Shown: positions 12,258 through 23,884 of the stretch, piece after piece
Numbering within the stretch: the stretch's first letter is position 1
How the letters are laid out: each line of letters begins with the position of its first letter
NCBI RefSeq assembly: GCF_004010195.1
Contig: NC_057720.1
Span: 91,839,695 to 91,903,694 of the forward strand
DNA length: 64,000 nucleotides
Direction: 5' to 3'
DNA from: Chiloscyllium plagiosum
Lineage: Eukaryota
Program-made: the position numbers and the translations under genes
The notes under the pieces: model-generated
The model's input: the letters and a program-made list of their open reading frames with translations, nothing else
What the model was told of the DNA's origin: nothing
The model's database searches: none

Positions 12258-12586
12258 GCCGTGAGAACTCTCAGCCCAAGCTGACCCTGCTGCCCCCCTC
12301 CCCGGAGCAGGTCAATGCCAAGGGCACTGCCACCCTGGTGTGCCTTGCCAATCACTTCGATCCTGATGAGCTGGAGGTGGAGTGGAAGAAGGATGGTGCA
12401 GTCATTTCGGATGGGGTTCAGACCAGTAACTACCTGCGAGCTTCGGACAGCACCTACAGTGTCAGCAGCCTGCTGACCCTCTCCGGGTCTGACTGGGAGT
12501 CCAACACTCGCTTCTCCTGTGCCCTCACCCACGTGACCCTCCCCTCTCCCCTCAGCAAGAGCATCAGGAGATCAGAATGTGTGTAG
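12258..12586 (+). CDS. IGKC: Ig kappa (NS4-like) constant exon, copy C1
   Basis: Acceptor TTGTCTTCAG ends at 12257; phase-1 exon of 329 nt, RENSQPKLTLLPPS...ATLVCLANHFDP...WKKDG...FSCALTH...KSIRRSECV-TAG, with C1-set Cys/Trp and the penultimate Cys. Confidence 0.95.
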
Positions 12587-13110
12587 AGTGTTTGAGACAG
12601 TCCACAGAGGAGACACAACTTTAAATAGAACAGGGTTGAGCTGGCAGGGCAAAGGTCATTGTCAGCACTGAATTTCAACTCTCTTCCTTCTTGGGACTGG
12701 CTCAGAGACACTTCTGAGGTTCAGGGGTTAAGGCAGGTCATTGGGACAGTGTAAAGGAGATTTAATTTGTATCTAACCCCGTACTACCCCTGTTCTGGGA
12801 GTGTTTGTTGGGGACAGCGTTGACTTGTGATGTCAAGTAAAACTCCTCGATACTGAAGACTGTCAGCTGTACAAAATCAACGTGAACCTCAGAAGTCTCT
12901 GCTTCACTAAACCAGATCTCCTTCCTGCTCAGCTGCCAGTTCCAATTTCAGGTTCTGTCACTGTTTAAAGGGACAGGATTCTTTTTTTTTTGAGAAAATC
13001 TTCACAAGTGTTGTGCCTCAAGCTCCATTGTGGCTGTGAATTTGAGCAGCTTCCTCTGTCTGGGCTGTTAATTGCAGTCTGTTTTCTGTCAATGTCAATC
13101 TGGAAAAGGG

Positions 13111-13116
13111 AATAAA
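13111..13116 (+). terminator. Probable polyadenylation signal of C1
   Basis: AATAAA about 525 nt after the stop, followed by a T/GT-rich tract. It is conserved at the equivalent site in other copies (21487-21492, 28712-28717, and 46596-46601 on the minus strand). Confidence 0.65.
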
Positions 13117-13620
13117 GATGAAGAAGATTCAGTTTCTGTCTCTGAGTGCTTTGTATATAGACTGCTCCAGCCTCAGCTGATTGGCTACGTTTCAGCAAAT
13201 GGTTATCATGGTTGGCTCTTTGGATGGTCAATCAATGACACATCAGCTAAAGACTGGATTTGAGCCAATCTTCAATCATTTTCAAGAGATCCCTTCGATC
13301 TGGAATCTGTCAAGTTGACAAGATTCGAAACAGAACAGAAACTGAAATCTGCTGGGGCCCAATCATTCCAATCTGAGGCATTCCCTCTTCACTCTGTTGG
13401 TCCAGACCCAGCTGGTGGGATCGCACTGAGCCCACTGTGCTGCTGCTGAGTCACATTTCAAATGAGCTGGGGCCAATCACAGACACTGGAGGCTTCAGTC
13501 ATTACATTCATTTCTCCCACCTTAGCCTTTTCCTCACAGTGACAGCTCAAAGCTGAACTGAGTGACAACTTAGCTCAGAAAGAGGATCAGTCAGAATCTT
13601 ACATCATACATGACTGTCAG

Positions 13621-13770
13621 TAGGTGTGTGTCCCTGAGTGTGGGTGTGACTGTTACCCAGTTAATGTCTGTAGGTGAGTGTCCCTGAGTGTGGGTGTGAC
13701 TATTACCCAGTTAATGTCTGTAGGTGTGTGTCCCTGAGTGTGGGTGTGACTGTTACCCAGTTAATGTCTG
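13621..13770 (+). repeat. 50-bp minisatellite, 3 units
   Basis: Unit TAGGTGTGTGTCCCTGAGTGTGGGTGTGACTGTTACCCAGTTAATGTCTG at 13621, 13671 and 13721. Confidence 0.95.
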
Positions 13771-13798
13771 TGGATTTGTGTCTCAGCTTTCCTGCATT

Positions 13799-15990
13799 TC
13801 ATAGAGTCTCAGAATCATAGAGATGGACAGCATGGAAACAGACCCTTCGGTCCAACTCACCCATATCGACCAGATGTATGAAACTAATGTAGACCCATTT
13901 GCCAGCACTCGGCCTATATCCCTCCAAACCCTTCCTATTCATACACCCATCCAAATATCCTTTAAATGTTGTAACTGTACCAAACTGCACCACTTCCTCT
14001 GGCAGCTCATTCCATACATGAACCACTCTCTGTGTGAAAAAGTTGCCCCATAAGTCCCTTTCAAATCTTCCCCCTCTCACCCTAAACCTATGCCCTCTAG
14101 TTCTGGACTCCCCCCCCCCAAAAGGGAAAACGCCTTGTCTTTTTACCCTATCCGTGGGGCTCATGGTTTTATAAACCTCTATAAGGTCACCCCTCAGCCT
14201 CCGACATTCCAGGGAAAACAACCCTAGCCTGTTCAGTCTCACCCCATTGCTTAACAAAAACAGCAACACTGGTAACATTCTTGTCAATCTTTTCTGACCC
14301 CTTTCAAGATTCACAACTTCTTTCCGATAGGAGGGAGACCAGATTTACACACAACTTTCCAAATGTGGCCAAACCAATGTCCTGTGCATCCACAACCTGA
14401 CCTCCCAACACTTGTATTAAATTCTGACTGATAATGGAAAGCATACCAAATGCCTTATTCACTATCTTTTCAACCTGTGACTCTAATTTCAAGGAACTAT
14501 GAACCTGCACTCCAAGGTCTTTTCGTTCAGCAACACTCCCCAGTACCTTACCATTAAGGCACGGTGGCTCAGTGCCTCAGTGATTAACACTGCTGCCTCA
14601 CAGTGCCAGAGCTCTGGTTCAGTTCCAGCCTCGGGTGACTGTCCGTGCGGAATTTGTACATTCTCCATGTGTCTGCGTGGGTTACCGCCCATAGTCCAAA
14701 GATGTGCAGTTTGGGGAATTAGACATGCTGAATTGTCAAATGTTCAGGCATATATACGTTAGGTTCATTAGTCAGGGTTAAATGTAAAGGACCAGGGTAG
14801 GGGAACGGATCTAGATGGGTTACTCTTCAGAGGGTCGGTGTGGACTTGTTGGGCCAAATGGCCTGATTCCTTACTGTAGTAATTCCATGATTAAGCATCT
14901 AAATCCTGGCCTGATTTGACTTTCCAAAATACAGCAACTCGCATTTATCTAAATTAAACTCCATCTGCCACTCATCGGCCATTGTGCTCTGCGGTAACCT
15001 TCCTCACTGCCACTACATCTCCAATTTGGTGTCATCTGCAAACTTACTAACTATACCTCCTATGTTCACATCTAAATCATTATGTCAATGACAAAAAGCA
15101 GTGGACCGAGCACTGATCCTTGTGGCACACCACTGATCACAGGCCTCCAGTCTGAAAAGTAGCCCTCCTCTATCACTCTCTGTCTTCTACCTGCAAGCCA
15201 TTTCTATATCCAAGTAGCTAGTTCTCCCTGTATTCCATGTGATCTAACCTTGCAAACCAATCCACCACAAGGAAACTTGTTGAATGCCTCACTGAAGTCC
15301 ATACAGATCATGTCCACTGCTCTGACATCATCAATTGTCTTTGTTACTTCTTCAAAAAACTCAATCAGGTTAGTGAGTCATGATTTCCCAGGTACAAAGC
15401 CATGTTGACTATCCTGAATCAGTCCTTGTCTTTCCAAATACATGTAAATCCTGTCCCTCAGGACTCCCTCCAACTATTTGTCCACCAACTATGTCAGGCT
15501 CACCAGTTCCTGGTTTTTCCTTACCACATTAGCTAAACTCCGGTCTTTCAGCACCTCACCTGTGACCATCGATGATATAAATATTTCAGCAAGTGGCCCA
15601 GCAATCACTTCCCTAGCTTCCCACAGAGTTCTGGGGTGCACCTGATCAGGTCCCAGTGATTTATCTATTTTTATGCATTTTAAGACATACTGCACTTCCT
15701 CCTCTTTAATATGGACATTTTTCAAGATGTCACCATCTATTTCTCCAAATTCTCTATCTGCTGTGTCTTTCTCCACAGTAAACATTGACGCAAAGTACTT
15801 GTTTAGTATCTGCCCCATCTCCTGCAGTTCCACACATAAGCTGCCTTGCTGGTCTTTGAGGGGTCCTATTCTGTTAATTATTACTCTTTTGTCCTTAATG
15901 CATTTATAAACTCCCTTTGGATTCTCCTTAGCCCAATTAAGCAAAGCTATCTCATGTTCCCTTTTTGCCATCCTGATTTCCCTCTGAAGT
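13799..15990 (-). mobile_element. CR1-type LINE, 5'-truncated (paralog about 29450-31508)
   Basis: RRLRGDLIEVYK, FFTQRVVHVWNELP and KSLGPDQVHPRTL. Confidence 0.9.
14558..14890 (+). mobile_element. HE1-type SINE inserted in CR1 (paralog about 30090-30425)
   Basis: GGCACGGTGGCTCAGTG head; flanked by an ATTAAG direct repeat. Confidence 0.85.
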
Positions 15991-17510
15991 AGGAGGAGTT
16001 AGCAATTCTGGAAAGTGTGAAAATATTTAAGTCCCCTGAGCCGGATGGGATTTATCCAAGGATTCTCTGGAAAGTGAGGGATGAGATTGCCGAGGCTTTG
16101 GCATTGATCTTTATGTCATCATTGTTGACAGGAACAGTGCCAGAATACTGGAGGAGTACAAATGTAGTCCCCTTGTTCACGAAGGGGAGTAGAGACAACC
16201 CTGGTAATTATATACCAGTAAGCCTTACTTCGGTTGTGGGTAAAGTGTTGGAAAAGATTAGAAGAGATAGAATTTATAATCATCTAGAAATGAATAAGTT
16301 GACTAGGGATAGTCAACACGGTAGATTGGGCCTCACAAACCTTATTGAATTCTTTGAGAAGGTGACCAAACAGGTGCATGAGGGTAAAACCGTTGATGTG
16401 GTGCATATGCACTTCAGTAAGGCATTTGATAAGGTTCTCCACAAAATACCGAGGCATGGCATTAAGGGTGATTTAGCGGTTGGGATCTGAAGTTGGCTAG
16501 CTGAAAGAAGACAGAGTGTGGTTGTTGATAGATAATGTTTATCCTGGAGTTCAGTTACTCTTTTGGGGTCACTGCTGTTGCCATTTTTATAAATGACCTG
16601 AATGAGGGCATAGAAGGATGACTTAGTAAATTTGCAGATGACACTGAGGTTTGTGGAGTTGTGGATTTTGCTGAAGGATATTACAGCCTACACAGGGACA
16701 TGGATAAGCTGCAGAGCTGGGTTGAGAGGTGGCAAATGCAGAGTTTAATGCAGAAAAGTGTGAGGTGATTCACTTTGGAAGGAGCAAGAGGAATAAAGAG
16801 CACTGGGCTAATGGTAAGAATCTTAGTAGTGGAGATGAGCAGAGAGATCTCGGTGTTCATGTCCACAGATCCTTGAAAGTTACCACCCAGTTTGATAGGG
16901 TGGTTAAAAAGGCTTTTGGTGGGTTAGCTTTTATTGGTAGAGAGATTGGGTTTAGGAGTCATGAGGTCATGCTGCAGCTGTACAAATCTCTGGCGTGGCC
17001 GCAATTGGAGTATTGCAAATAGTTGTGGTCACCGCATTAAAAAAAGGATGTGGGAACTTAAGGGTTCAGAGGAAATATACTAGGATGTTGTCTGGCAGGG
17101 CGGGAAGGCCGTCTGAGGAAAGGATGAGGGACTTGTGGCAGTTTTTGTTACAGAGAAGAAGCTTGAGAGTTGTCTTAATTGAGACGTACTAAGATAATCA
17201 CAAGGTTAGATAGGGTGGACAGTGAGAGCCTTTTTCCTCAGATGTTATGGGGACATAGGTTTAAATTGAGGGGTGATAGATATAGGAGAGATGTCAGAAG
17301 TAGTTTATTTACTCAGAGACGAGTAGGGGCATGGAATGCACAGTCTGCAACAGTAGCAGACTCGCCAACACTAAGGGCATTTAAATGGTCACAGGATACA
17401 CATATGGATGAAAATGGTATAGTGTGGGATAGATGGGCTTTAGATTGGTTCCATAGGTCGGCACAACATCGAGGGCTGAAGGGCCTGTACTGCACTGTCA
17501 TGTTCTATGT
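15991..17510 (+). mobile_element. CR1-type LINE, 5'-truncated, head-to-head with the previous one (paralog about 31509-33055)
   Basis: KSPEPDGIYPRIL, PGNYIPVSLTSVVGK, FSKAFDKV; TTCTATG tail. Confidence 0.9.
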
Positions 17511-17617
17511 TTTATCTTCTCGATCTGACATTGCTCACCACCGCCCTCTCCAGGACAATTAGGGAAGGACAACAAATAGCAGACAAATCAAAGCTTGCCC
17601 CATCCCAGGGGCCATTC

Positions 17618-17646
17618 CTGAAGAAGGGCTCATGCCCGAAATGTCG
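17618..17646 (+). ncRNA. Minimal hammerhead motif in a short element (about 17612-17745)
   Basis: CUGAAGA-A-GGGC(UCAU)GCCC-GAAAUGUC. The paralog at about 33158 has CUGA changed to CCAA. Confidence 0.6.
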
Positions 17647-19945
17647 ATTCTCCTGCTCCTTGGATGCTGCCTGACCTGCTGCGCTTTCCCAGCAATGCAT
17701 TTTCAGCTCTGATCTAAAGCATCTGCAGTCCTCACTTTCTCCATCCCAGGATAAATCAAAATAAATGACGTACAATTCAAATGATTAAACTGGTGAGGCT
17801 TAAATCCATCTCTTTGAAACACTGGAGCCTCGGCCATGACCTGGGTGAACCTGCATTTTTAAATTGCAAGGTGGAGTGCCCTATGGATCAGGCACAAAAT
17901 GAATTACACTCAAAGACCGAACAAACGGCTACCAAGGTGTGTCACCAAACTGCAATAAACAGCAATTTGTCAGGAAGAACGCAAGAGAAAGCCATTAGTG
18001 GGTGTAAGAGGGTAAGACAGACAAGAGTCAGGTGTCATTGAATGCTTCATAAATGCACTAAAGCTGTTGGGATAGAGCAGGGAAATGTGATTAATTTCAT
18101 TTTTGCATTGAGAGCTTTCCTGGTTGTAATGACTCAAAACGTTAAAGGATGAAGTGTAGCTCATATTGTAAACAATGTACTGCAGTGGGTAAGAAAGGAT
18201 GTTGAGCAACATAAATGCTTAAAATTGGGAAAGAAAATCGGAAAAAAAGAAATGGGAAAGGCCAATGGGATTTTGGAATGAATATTGAGAGTGAGGAGAT
18301 GGAGGGGAGAGTGGCCAGGACAGCTGTACTGAAGAATGGTTAGGTCACATCTGGAATATGGTGTACAGTTAGGGGCTTCATTGAGGGGCAATGCAGAATG
18401 GGACAGGGATTGGGGACCTAGGTTACAAGGAAACGCCAGAACAGGATCTCAAGGAGGGAGGGAGGGTATTCTGATATTCAAAACATCTTAATGAAATCGA
18501 CACAGTAAATGTAGATTTACTGTCAATGCCGGCAAACAGAAAGGCAGGTACAGGAAGGAGATCAGGAAAAATATTTTGATGTAGAGATTGGAATTTGGTG
18601 AGTGCTGGTAAACTGGGTCCTCCATTCAAAATGGGACAGAATTACTTCTTGGAATTTGAACAGGTCTGAAGCAAAAGAGCAAATTAGGATCAAATAGTCA
18701 TTTGAGAATTTTGAACTGTGGCATTTCTTGTAAATTGTCCTGATGCATGCAAGACAAAAAGCTTCAACAAAATGTTTTGTTTTTTGCAACATTCAAATTA
18801 GGATCAGTTTGGAGGGAAAGAATGAACATGGAAATGTATTAAGTTAACAATGAAAATTGGTCTAAATTCAGCAGAGACCAGGATAGCTTCAGCTTGAACT
18901 TAATACAGCAATTATCAGGTGAAATTTAACCACTGCAATGATTTAACCACCTTCCACCAGTTTGATTGTTTGAATTGTCCATCAGTTATGTTGATTACTC
19001 CTAGGATGGGGACAGCGTTGACGTGTCTGCTATTTATTGCCCTTCCCTAACTATCCTGGAGAGGGCAGTGGTGAGCCATGAGTTTCTCGAAGAAGATCTG
19101 ACAGACGGACAAGATCATGTGCTGGGCCTGAGAACAGCTGTCCCTCAGGAGAATGAGGTGTCTCACAAGGGAAAACCTGGGAGTGGTGGAAAGGCATAGG
19201 CAGACCGGCTAGGCTGCAGAGGGCAGAACCAGTTTCGACGAATGAGCTGATGGCCTTCCGAGCTGAGTTGCAGACTCAGGCTTTCAGAGCTGCACAGCTT
19301 ACACTGTTACTGACCATAGCTCCATGATTGATGAGGCCTGCCCCAGGAGAACATCCACAGAAAGCTGCCTCCTGTGTGTCTGATGTGTCTGTGTGTCTCT
19401 CAGATGTGACTGAGCAGGGAGCAAGGGTTTCAGCAGCAACAAAGATGTTACTCTAGTGCCCCTCCCAATTTCACCCATCAACTTTACAAACGCCTTCTTG
19501 GGAAAGGGCTCAGCACCTGCTATCGCCTGCTTTAATGTCCCACACCCCACCTCGAGACAACAGACCCCACTGCCCCCGTCCCCACCACCTGTTCACCATC
19601 TCTCTCCTGAAGGCATTATCTCTGGCTGGGGAAACATCTCGAGCTTCCCCAGGTGGTCTCATTCCCTCAAGTGTGGGCTGGGATGGGGAAGCAAGGCAGG
19701 CTATTGGACTGAGAGATGTCAGCCTGGCCTCAGTGGGCAGCACTCTTCCCCTCAGACTCACAATGTAGCAGACTGGGGATGAGCCATTGGGAAATGCAGG
19801 GTTACAGGGATAATGTAGTGGTTTGGATCTGGGTGGGATGCTCTACGGAAGATTGGTGTGAACTCATTGAGGTGAATGGCCTGCTTCGACACTGTACAGA
19901 TTTCATCATTACATGATTCTATCTCTGAAGCAAATTATCCATGCA

Positions 19946-20395
19946 GAGGGAGTGCCATACTGTCAGAGGGTCAGTACTGAGTGAGTGCCACACTATTGGA
20001 GGGTCAGTACTGAGGGAATGTTGCACTAATGGTGGGTCAGTACTGAGGGAATGTTGCACTAATGGTGGATCAGTACTGAGGGAGTGCTGCACTGTCAGAG
20101 CATGAGTACTGAGGGAGTGCTGCACTGTCAGAGGGTTCGTACTGAGGGAATGCCGCACTGTAAGAAAGTCAATATTGAGGGAGTGCTGCACTGTCAGATA
20201 GTTCATGCTGAGGGACTGCTGCACTGCTGGTGTGTCAATACTGAGGGAGTGCAACACTGTCAGAGGTTCAGTGCTCAGGGACCATCTTTCAGATGGGATG
20301 ATCTGATGTCTGCCCTCTCAGGGCGCAGTAGAAGATGCCATGACACTATTAGAAGAGCAGAGCAGATCCCCATGGTGTCCTGGTCAATATTTTAA
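19946..20395 (+). repeat. ~30-bp tandem array running into a Deu-domain SINE remnant
   Basis: About 11 units of GAGGGAGTGCTGCACTGTCAGAGGGTCAGTACT-like sequence, then ATCTTTCAGATG...GTCTGCCCTCTCAGG...GGTGTCCTGGTCAATATTT, resembling the DeuSINE (SacSINE1/AmnSINE1) core. Paralog at about 35650-36055. Confidence 0.7.
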
Positions 20396-20780
20396 AAATA
20401 TACCTTTTAAAGAATACCTGGATCAGCACCTAAAATATCCGAACATTCAATGCTTTGGGCCCAGTTCTGGAAAGTGGATGGAAAGTAGATTTAGTTTTGC
20501 CTTGGTGGGACAGACATGATCGGATGAGGGACCTCTTCTACACTGTATGATTCTCTGATTCTGTGAAACCTCTGGCTGATGACCACGTATTGTCCTCCTT
20601 CGGCTGATGAGTCAGTCTCTTCTCCATGTTGAACAGCACTTGGAGGAAGCTCTGAGGGTGGTGAGGGCACAGAATGTACTCTGGGTGGGGGACTTCAATG
20701 TTCACCATCAAAAAGGAATTTTAAAAACATCAGGTTTGTTGGGTATTGGATACAAATATTCAAAATGATACTTTTTCTAG

Positions 20781-20864
20781 TCCACGCTCACTTCTCCTGT
20801 GCCCTCCCATGTGACCCTCCCCTCTCCCCTAAGCAAGAGCATCAGGAGATCAGAATGTGTGTAG
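20781..20864 (+). pseudogene. IGKC: Truncated Ig kappa C (3' 84 nt only), followed by its 3' UTR to about 21530
   Basis: Matches the last ~28 codons of C (..FSCAL..LPSPLSKSIRRSECV*) with small deletions. It is preceded by sequence homologous to the C-upstream intron and followed by the C 3' UTR and AATAAA. Confidence 0.9.
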
Positions 20865-21968
20865 AATGTTCTAGACAGTCCACAGAGGAGACACAACTTT
20901 AAATAGAACAGGGCTGAGCTGGCAGGACAACGGTCATTGTCAGCACTTAATTTCAACTCTCTTCCTTCTTGAGGCTGGCCTCTGGGAGACTCTGAGGTTC
21001 AGGGGTTAAGGCAGGTAACTGTGACACTGTAGAGAGAGAGATTCACTCTGTACCCATCCAGTGCTGTCCCTGTCCTGGGAGTGTTTGACAAGGACAGTGT
21101 GGAGACAGCTTTATTCTTTGGTGGGAACAGTACAGAAAGAGCTTTACTCTGTATCTAACCCTATTCTGTCCCTGTCCAGGAGACTGTTTGTTGGGGACAG
21201 TGTTGACTTGTAGTAACCTTTCACAGATATTGAAAACTGTCAGCTGTACAAAAACAATGTGAACCTCAGAAGTGTCAGCTTCAGTAAACCAGATCTCCTT
21301 CCTGCTCAGCCCCCAGTTCCACCTTAAGGTTTTGTCACTGTTTAAATGGACAGGATTCTCAGGTTATTGAGAAAATCCACACAAGTGTTTTCCTCAAGCT
21401 CCATTGTGGCTGTGAATTTGAGCAGCTTCCTCTGTCTGGGCTGTTAATTGCAGTCGGTTTTCTCTCAATGTCAATCTGGAAAAGGGAATAAAGATGAAGA
21501 AGATTCAGTCTCTGTCTCGTGTGTGCTTTGGAAATGGCCCAAGCTGAAGCCTCAGGGAAAGGGTGTATGAAGTGAAACCCTCCACCCTCAAGGCCCGGAA
21601 GATGAAGGGGAGAATAGAGAGGGCAATTGGGTCCCAGGAGCAGGAGGGCAACAGGACCAGAAGGGGCACTTTCAGCAGGAATGCAGGGCCCTGAGAAAAT
21701 CATCCCCAATAAATGGGGAAAAGAAGAAAGGTACCTTGGAGTTCAGAAAGATTGAAGAATGATGCCGAGAGTAAGCTGAACTCAGATTGTAGATGGGGAA
21801 GGTCCAACCCAGAGTGTGGAGGGTACCTTTCACTCCATAAACCCCCATCCACCATGGTGGTGCTCTGAAGGGGCAGTACCCATCCTGAATACCTGTGCCC
21901 GATGAATGGAGAAGATCCTGTGTCCATATGTGTGTGGGTGGGGGGTCGCCGAGCTGTGAATTTGTGTT

Positions 21969-22683
21969 GCTGTTCTCTGTTTTGCTTGTCCTATAATAGT
22001 AATGTTGTCCCAGTCGAACTCATGTTGCTTGTCATCTGCGTGTGTGGCTACTAAGGATAGCTTGTCGTGTCATTTCGTGGCTAGTTGGTGTTCATGGATG
22101 CGGATCGTTAGCTGTCTTCCTGTTTGTCCTATGTAGTGTTTTGTGCAGTCCTTGCATGGGATTTTGTACACTACATTGGTTTTGCTCATGCTGGGTATCG
22201 GGTCCTTCGTCCTAGTGAGTTGTTGTCTGAGAGTGGCTGTTAGTTTGTGTGCTGTTATGAGTCCTAATGGTTGCAGTAATCTGGCTGCCAGTTCAGAAAT
22301 GTTCTTGATGTATGCTAGTGTGGCTTGTCCTTTGGCCGCATCCATGAACACCAACTAGCCAAGAAACGACACGACCAACTATCCTTAGTAGCTCAACACG
22401 CAGATGACAAGCAACATGAGTTCGACTGGGACAACATTACTATTATAGGACAAGCAAAACAGAGAACAGCCAGAGAATTCCTAGAGGCATGGCACACATC
22501 CGCAGATTCGATCAATAAGCACATCGACCTGGACCCAATATACCAGCCACTGCAGCGGACAGCTGGAACTGACAACCAGAAGCGGCAGAGACAAATCACT
22601 ATAAATGCCAGAGGATACATCACAGAAGCGCTTCACAGGAGGCCCCCAAGCATTGAGGATGTCACCTAGACAGGGGGAGAAAC
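21969..22683. mobile_element. Penelope-like element 3' region (GIY-YIG endonuclease) with an inverted terminal copy
   Basis: Minus-strand NVVYKIPCKDCTKHYIGQTGRQLTIRIHEH; plus-strand REFLEAWH...SINKHIDLDPIY; 135-bp inverted arms at 21969-22103 and 22336-22470. Confidence 0.9.
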
Positions 22684-22899
22684 TATATATTTATATATCT
22701 CACACACAGATGCATCCATCAAAACCACTGGGATCAGCCCCCTCCAGTAGTGAACGAACTGAAGGGGTTCATGGGGGGACTCTGTGATGGGAGAGCTATC
22801 AAAACCCTGGAGTGTAAGGGTGGGCTCCCTGGGCACTCTCTGGCAGTCTATCCGAACATAATGGAGTGAACTCACTCAGGGAGTGTTCAGAGCAGATTG

Positions 22900-23230
22900 G
22901 CTCATTGCTGATGGACTGGCAATGGGTCTTTACACATTGGTCATTTCAAATGTGTCCTGGCCCATATCGGGTCAGGGAGGGCTGAGGACCAGGACAAGTT
23001 CACCTTCACGTTTAAAGACCAACAATATTGATGGAGCTACCTGCCCCAAGGGCTCCCCAATAGTCCCTCCATCTTCCAGGAGAGCATGGCACAAGGGTTC
23101 AGGTCAGCTCCCCCAAACAGTTTGGACAGTGTGTGTCTGACTTGCTGCTGTTTGTGGGAACTGAGGAGGAGGACTTGTCCCTTTGGGATGACAGAACTCC
23201 CAGGAGTTGCTCAGAGGGATCCCGATGTTG
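22900..23230 (+). mobile_element. Decayed retroviral/LTR reverse-transcriptase fragment (paralog about 37660-37990)
   Basis: Across frameshifts: (F)TxLVISNVxW, DQDKFTFTFKDQQY-W--LPQGLPNSPSIFQ, QCV(S/A)DLLL. These correspond to the retroviral LDxxNxFW, LPQG-NSP and YVDD motifs. Confidence 0.75.
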
Positions 23231-23884
23231 ATCCCTTCCCTGGAATAGCAGATGAAAAGTTGCTGCATTTCTCAGGCTCCTTGATGCCACACACCATCAA
23301 AGAGGTCTTGATGTCAAGTGCTGTCACTCTGCCCTCACCTCACTCGCATGGTCAGAGAGAGCTGAGTCCACTGACACACATTTATCTGAATGAATTCCAC
23401 TTGATACTGATCAGCCCATCTGACTCTCCCAGGCCGTCTATATCCTCATGTCGTCTTGTACTGCTTCAGGACACCCCCATTCGTGAAGGTCAATAAATGG
23501 AAAGCACGAAAACTTTAATTCAGATACTGAAGACAATTACTGGATTAATAGAGGAATGGGTATCTTTCATTTGTAAGTGGGATCTATATTTATTTATTAA
23601 ATTAAAGTGACTCAGGTTAAATACAACTGTAGTGAATGTATAAATCTACAGCAACTCCCACACAGGGTGTTTGGACTGGAGACTGAGTTGAAATAATTGG
23701 TAACACATCAGGGAGGTGTGGAGATACCTGGAGACCTTGTTCCAGAAGGAAGTTATAAGCCTCAGGACTGGGCAGTCCAATTCCATGTGTAGTAAGGGGC
23801 AGGAGGATATGACAATGAGGAGGGAAAGTAAGGATTTGGAGAGCACTGTAGGACAGGAAAACCCCTCACTCTTGCTGTAGTTAT

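Larger units (their letters stand above)
10177..23872 (+). repeat. Segmental duplication unit 1 (J-C intron part, C1, LINEs, pseudo-C, ERV remnant)
   Basis: Colinear and highly similar to 25898-38620: the same SINE/LINE insertions in the same order, offset about 15.6 kb, shared end GGACAGGAAAACCCCTCACTCT. Confidence 0.92.

Noticed and set aside
13621-13770. Regular repeats here and at 19946-20280 as a possible CRISPR array
   Set aside because: Head-to-tail tandem units with no unique spacers, in vertebrate DNA with no cas genes.
19225-19270. GTTTCGAC...CTTCCG as another minus-strand hammerhead
   Set aside because: The CUGANGA box is absent and stem II does not pair.
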